This document shows positions 61,321 through 64,000 of a stretch of DNA of 64,000 nucleotides, piece after piece. Source of the stretch: Laetmonice hystrix (taxonomy: Eukaryota); the NCBI GenBank assembly GCA_965235115.1, contig OZ249441.1, forward strand, positions 10,168,001-10,232,000. The letters are read 5' to 3'. Every line of letters starts with the position of its first letter. Within the stretch, counting starts at the first letter, position 1. The position numbers and the translations under genes were made by a program. Under the pieces are notes generated by a model. That model searched no databases. It saw only the letters and a program-made list of their open reading frames with translations, and was not told the DNA's origin.

Positions 61321-63267
61321 CACTGAGTTGGAATCAGTCGGTCGAGCCCCGGGGGTCGGCCGCCTCGGGGGTCGGCCGCCCCGGCTGTAAGCCCCGGGGG
61401 TCGGGCCCCGGGGGTCGGGCCCCGGGGGTCGGACCCGTGACTGGCATTGCATTATGTCATTTCTGGCAACATGCACACACCGTAAACTCAGGTATTTTAG
61501 GTGTAGGAATTGTTTCTGAAATGAAGCTCGCCAATTGATTTGAGGTCGTGTTAAAAAATCACAGATTTACGAAATATACATAAGTGCACAGGTGGGGTTA
61601 GTTATCCAGTTTGGCTGCTGTCACCAGCCGGTAAGTCGGGAGAGTGCCCCGACCCGGGATGGACAGCAAGATTGGGGAGGGGGGCACGGGACGGTTAGGG
61701 TCGGAGCTGTAGGAGGCCCGGCCAGCGATCTCACGTGGAGTAATGGACCAGCAGGAGATGCATGGATCATAAGACCTATCGACGCCAGCCCACCTGGAGG
61801 CGACCATCCAACATGTATCATGTGATGAGGGAATCCCGCGGTCGTCGACTTCACTAAATCCCCCCCCCCCCCCTCCCGTTTCCATAAGGAACCCTTTCCA
61901 TCCGGCCAGGCCACATTATAAACATGTAGATTTAAAGGATCATTCGGCCAGGCCACATTATAAACGTAGATTTGAGGGATTTTGTTGATTCCACGTCGCG
62001 GGACAGAGGACTTAAGTCCAGATTAGCGATGTCAAGAATGAAGGTCGACTCGAGGGCATGACGTAACAAAGGTGATGACGTGACTGAGACCTCATGACGC
62101 GAGGCCGCCACATATACCGTACACCTGACCCGTTCAAAATACATGAGCCACTTCCCCCACCCAATCCTTGTGAAGACTACTATCAATATTGACTGAATGA
62201 CATGTTGGAGTGGCTGATATAACACTAGGGCATTATGCAAGAGCGACCCCTATCGACCGGGCTAACAGTGAGGTCCGATTATGTGCTGGGACAGCGGTTA
62301 ACTGATTGATTTGGAATTTGATCGATTGATTCGTACTCTGTGATCCGCAGAGATGTGGCTCGTTATGCTCTGACATGAGCCTGCTGTCAGTGAAAAGCAG
62401 ACAATGTGCACTGTATCTTGATCTTTATTTTATCTACAAGAAAGAACTGAGTCACAATGGTAGGCCTTCAGTACCTCCTCTGCATGGTCAGCGAAATCTC
62501 CCTACCAAATCCGGGTGCGAACAAACTCCAGGTACACTGTGCCGACATCGGTCATTGATTGATGGTGAAGGACCCTTGAGGTGGACACGGCAGGAATGTA
62601 CATTTGTATAATCAAGAAGTCAACATTCCTGGGGCAGCATGCATATAGGCCTATAGGCCTACTTGTTTAGGGTCCAATGAATGTCTTTCTCCCTCTCATA
62701 CCCATTGCTTATCACTTATATCTTAAATTACTTCGATATATTACCACGCGCCTGATAAGCCTTGATAGGACAATTTTTCAATATACCCGAAAGTTTCGGG
62801 GACACATTGATAATTACAGCAGTGTTATCTCAACAATATTTCTATTTACGAGGAGTGAAAATATTCCGAATGAGAGCGCCACTGAACCATTAAATGTGCT
62901 AAAGACGAATTCGGCTGCCTTCATTCTTTGAGCTATCATTATCAATATTATTATGCAGGCATGTCCTCAGCCCGCCACTCGCCATCTAACCAGCCTCTAG
63001 TGTCGAGTATATAACAGGTACTATAAGAAGTGAATAAGGAATTTCTGGTATGGAGACACGTAGAACGAGGACTTGACACTCGACGGTCGTGTGACGACTC
63101 TAAACGAAGTATCAATCTGTCCTACATAAAACAATCCGCCTCAGTATGTACAAGAAAACATCGGCATTTTATCATCGGAAAAAAGTGTGACATTTCTCAA
63201 ACAAGGTCGATGTGGCCATTAACAGGAGAACTTCCATCTTCACTGCGTGGTGCCTCCTTGTACTCAC

Positions 63268-63446
63268 CAGTGGCAGCGCCAGACCTAAAATTGAGGGGGA
63301 CAAAGTGGGGGCAAAGAGAAAATCGGGGGGGGGGAAGAGATATGTCACACACTTTGATCTTTATAATGGCAGATTTAAACTGGGAGGCAAACAGGGTGCA
63401 AACTAAATTTCTGGGGCCCCCTTGCCTCCTCCTAGCGCCACCACTG
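63268..63446. mobile_element. CAGTGGC-type MITE abutting the terminal minisatellite
   Basis: CAGTGGCAGCGC...GCGCCACCACTG imperfect TIRs. Confidence 0.55.
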
Positions 63447-64000
63447 GTCACTGGAGGGCACCTGTCTCTCCCTGGTCTCCGGGAACCAGTGTGTGTCACT
63501 GGAGGGTACCTGTCTCTCCCTGGTCTCCGGGAACCAGGGTGTGTCACTGGAGGGTACCTGTCTCTCCCTGGTCTCTGGGAACCAGTGTGTGTCACTGGAG
63601 GGCACCTGTCTCTCCCTGGTCTCCGGGAACCAGTCACTGGAGGGTACCTGTCTCTCCCTGGTCTCTGGGAACCAGTCACTGGAGGGCACCTGTCTCTCCC
63701 TGGTCTCCGGGAACCAGTGTGTGTCACTGGAGGGCACCTGTCTCTCCCTGGTGTCCGGGAACCAGTGTGTGTCACTGGAGGGTACCTGTCTCTCCCTGGT
63801 CTCCGTGAACCAGTGTGTGTCAGTGGAGGGCACCTGTCTCTCCCTGGTCTCAGGGAACCAGTGTGTGTCACTGGAGGGTACCTGTCTCTCCCTGGTCTCT
63901 GGGAACCAGTCACTGGAGGGCACCTGTCTCTCCCTGGTCTCCGGGAACCAGTGTGTGTCACTAGAGGGAACCTGTCTCTCCCTGGTCTTCGGGAACCAGT
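63447..64000. repeat. 48/42-bp minisatellite running off the window
   Basis: CACTGGAGGGCACCTGTCTCTCCCTGGTCTCCGGGAACCAGT(GTGTGT). Confidence 0.95.

Noticed and set aside
63197-63961. 254-aa ORF and overlapping ORFs
   Set aside because: Span a MITE and the 48/42-bp minisatellite.
14868-64000. Regular arrays considered as CRISPR
   Set aside because: Units are contiguous with no unique spacers, there are no cas genes, and the context is eukaryotic.
56545-64000. Terminal PFN4 exon (expected about DY.R.KG.*)
   Set aside because: No convincing phase-1 exon found by eye. It may lie beyond the window.

Overview
Eukaryotic genomic DNA, most likely a bilaterian invertebrate (inferred from spliceosomal introns, CTCF-like motifs and metazoan genes). 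It is very rich in minisatellites and non-autonomous DNA transposons. I found no rRNA, tRNA or CRISPR array. Nearly all long ORFs in the supplied track are tandem-repeat artefacts. Four multi-exon genes can be rebuilt by hand with phase-consistent GT-AG junctions: (1) a RhoGAP-domain gene (ARHGAP20-like, minus strand, ~14.3 kb to beyond base 1) with three candidate alternative first coding exons; (2) CUEDC2 (minus, 8 coding exons, 312 aa); (3) FAM228B-like (minus, 7 exons, 387 aa); (4) profilin-4-like PFN4 (plus, last exon not located), head-to-head with FAM228 as in human. The most unusual structure is at 47373-48627: a 26-copy array whose unit looks like a complete miniature intron (GTAAGA...CTGAC...pyrimidine tract...CAG), i.e. 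stacked AG|GT ratchet points. It follows a small ATG exon that is in frame with PFN4. Three other tandem repeats also copy real splice junctions. Gene names rest on remembered similarity to human proteins; no database search was run.
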